Source: Verrucomicrobiota bacterium
GTDB lineage: Bacteria; Verrucomicrobiota; Verrucomicrobiia; Limisphaerales; Palsa-1400
Assembly: GCA_049510745.1 (NCBI GenBank)
Contig: JBEKYR010000058.1
Span: 1-27,890, forward strand
DNA: 27,890 nt
Reading direction: 5' to 3'
In this document: piece after piece, positions 27,301 to 27,890 of the stretch
How the letters are laid out: every line of letters starts with the position of its first letter
Position numbering within the stretch: the stretch's first letter is position 1
Position numbers and translations under genes: made by a program
The notes under the pieces: model-generated
Seen by the model: the letters and a program-made list of their open reading frames with translations, nothing else
Database searches by the model: none
Told to the model about the DNA's origin: nothing

Positions 27301-27888
27301 TCAGGAAGGCGTTGTTTTCGGCGCCGTATCCAGCATCTCGCGCACTTTTCCGACCAGCGTGGCGGGCGTGTAGGGTTTGGGCAGGAACTCCACGCTTGTC
27401 TCAATCATGCCCCAGTCTGTGAGAGTGTCGTTCGTGTAACCCGAGGTGAACAGGACTCTCAGATCGGGATAGCTGGTTTTCAGCCACTCCGCCATCGCTT
27501 TGCCGCCCATCAGCGGCATGATGACATCGGTGATGACCAGGCCAATGGACTGCCCTTTGAATTCGCGCGCCACCCGCAGTCCTTCCTGGCCGTTGCCCGC
27601 CCGCAGTACGCGGTAGCCTTGGGCTTTCAGAACATCATAGGCCAGATGGCGCACGCCGGGGTCATCCTCCACCAGCAACAAGGTTTCCGTCCCGCGCGGC
27701 AACGGCCCGGCCCGGATCGGTCTGGCCGCAACATCGAGCGGCTGCTCGACTCGCGGAAAATAAATCTCGAAGGTCGTGCCTTTGCCCATCTCACTGCAAA
27801 CGCCGATGTAACCGCCGGATTGTTGGACGATGGTCTGGCAGGTCGCCAGCCCCAGACCGGTGCCTTTGCCCTTGGGCTTGGTGGTGAA
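27301..27888 (-). CDS. Hybrid sensor histidine kinase/response regulator, C-terminal part
   Basis: FTTKPKGKGTGLGL (G2 box). Receiver domain LLVEDD, DVIMP, TSGY, KPY. Confidence 0.93.
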   Translation of the reverse strand, partial: FTTKPKGKGTGLGLATCQTIVQQSGGYIGVCSEMGKGTTFEIYFPRVEQPLDVAARPIRAGPLPRGTETLLLVEDDPGVRHLAYDVLKAQGYRVLRAGNGQEGLRVAREFKGQSIGLVITDVIMPLMGGKAMAEWLKTSYPDLRVLFTSGYTNDTLTDWGMIETSVEFLPKPYTPATLVGKVREMLDTAPKTTPS

Positions 27889-27890
27889 AA

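Overview
GC-rich bacterial DNA, probably Verrucomicrobiota (inferred from the protein families, not proven). The right part (16821-27890) is ordinary chromosome: tRNA-Arg(TCG), a flavin reductase, hrpA, a GH2-type glycosidase, an AMMECR1-domain gene, a basic histone-like gene and a partial hybrid kinase. The left part (~900-16820) looks like a composite genomic island abutting the tRNA-Arg 3' end. It holds two tyrosine recombinases plus a third integrase remnant, three excisionase-like HTH genes and a stand-alone UVR-motif gene. It also holds an attP-like site (perfect 7-7-7 palindrome between clusters of GGNCAAAT repeats), a block of housekeeping-type genes broken at both ends, and a defence cargo (IetA/IetS-type AAA ATPase plus S8 protease, and a 5'-truncated sacsin-like/DUF3883 gene). 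That cargo lies between two 86-bp, 85%-identical direct repeats with a covarying hairpin, and each repeat sits immediately upstream of a decapitated gene. The best candidates for undescribed biology are the 86-bp repeat and the compact integrase-Xis-UVR element, whose integrase carries a ~270-aa C-terminal extension with a tandem HTH-like domain.
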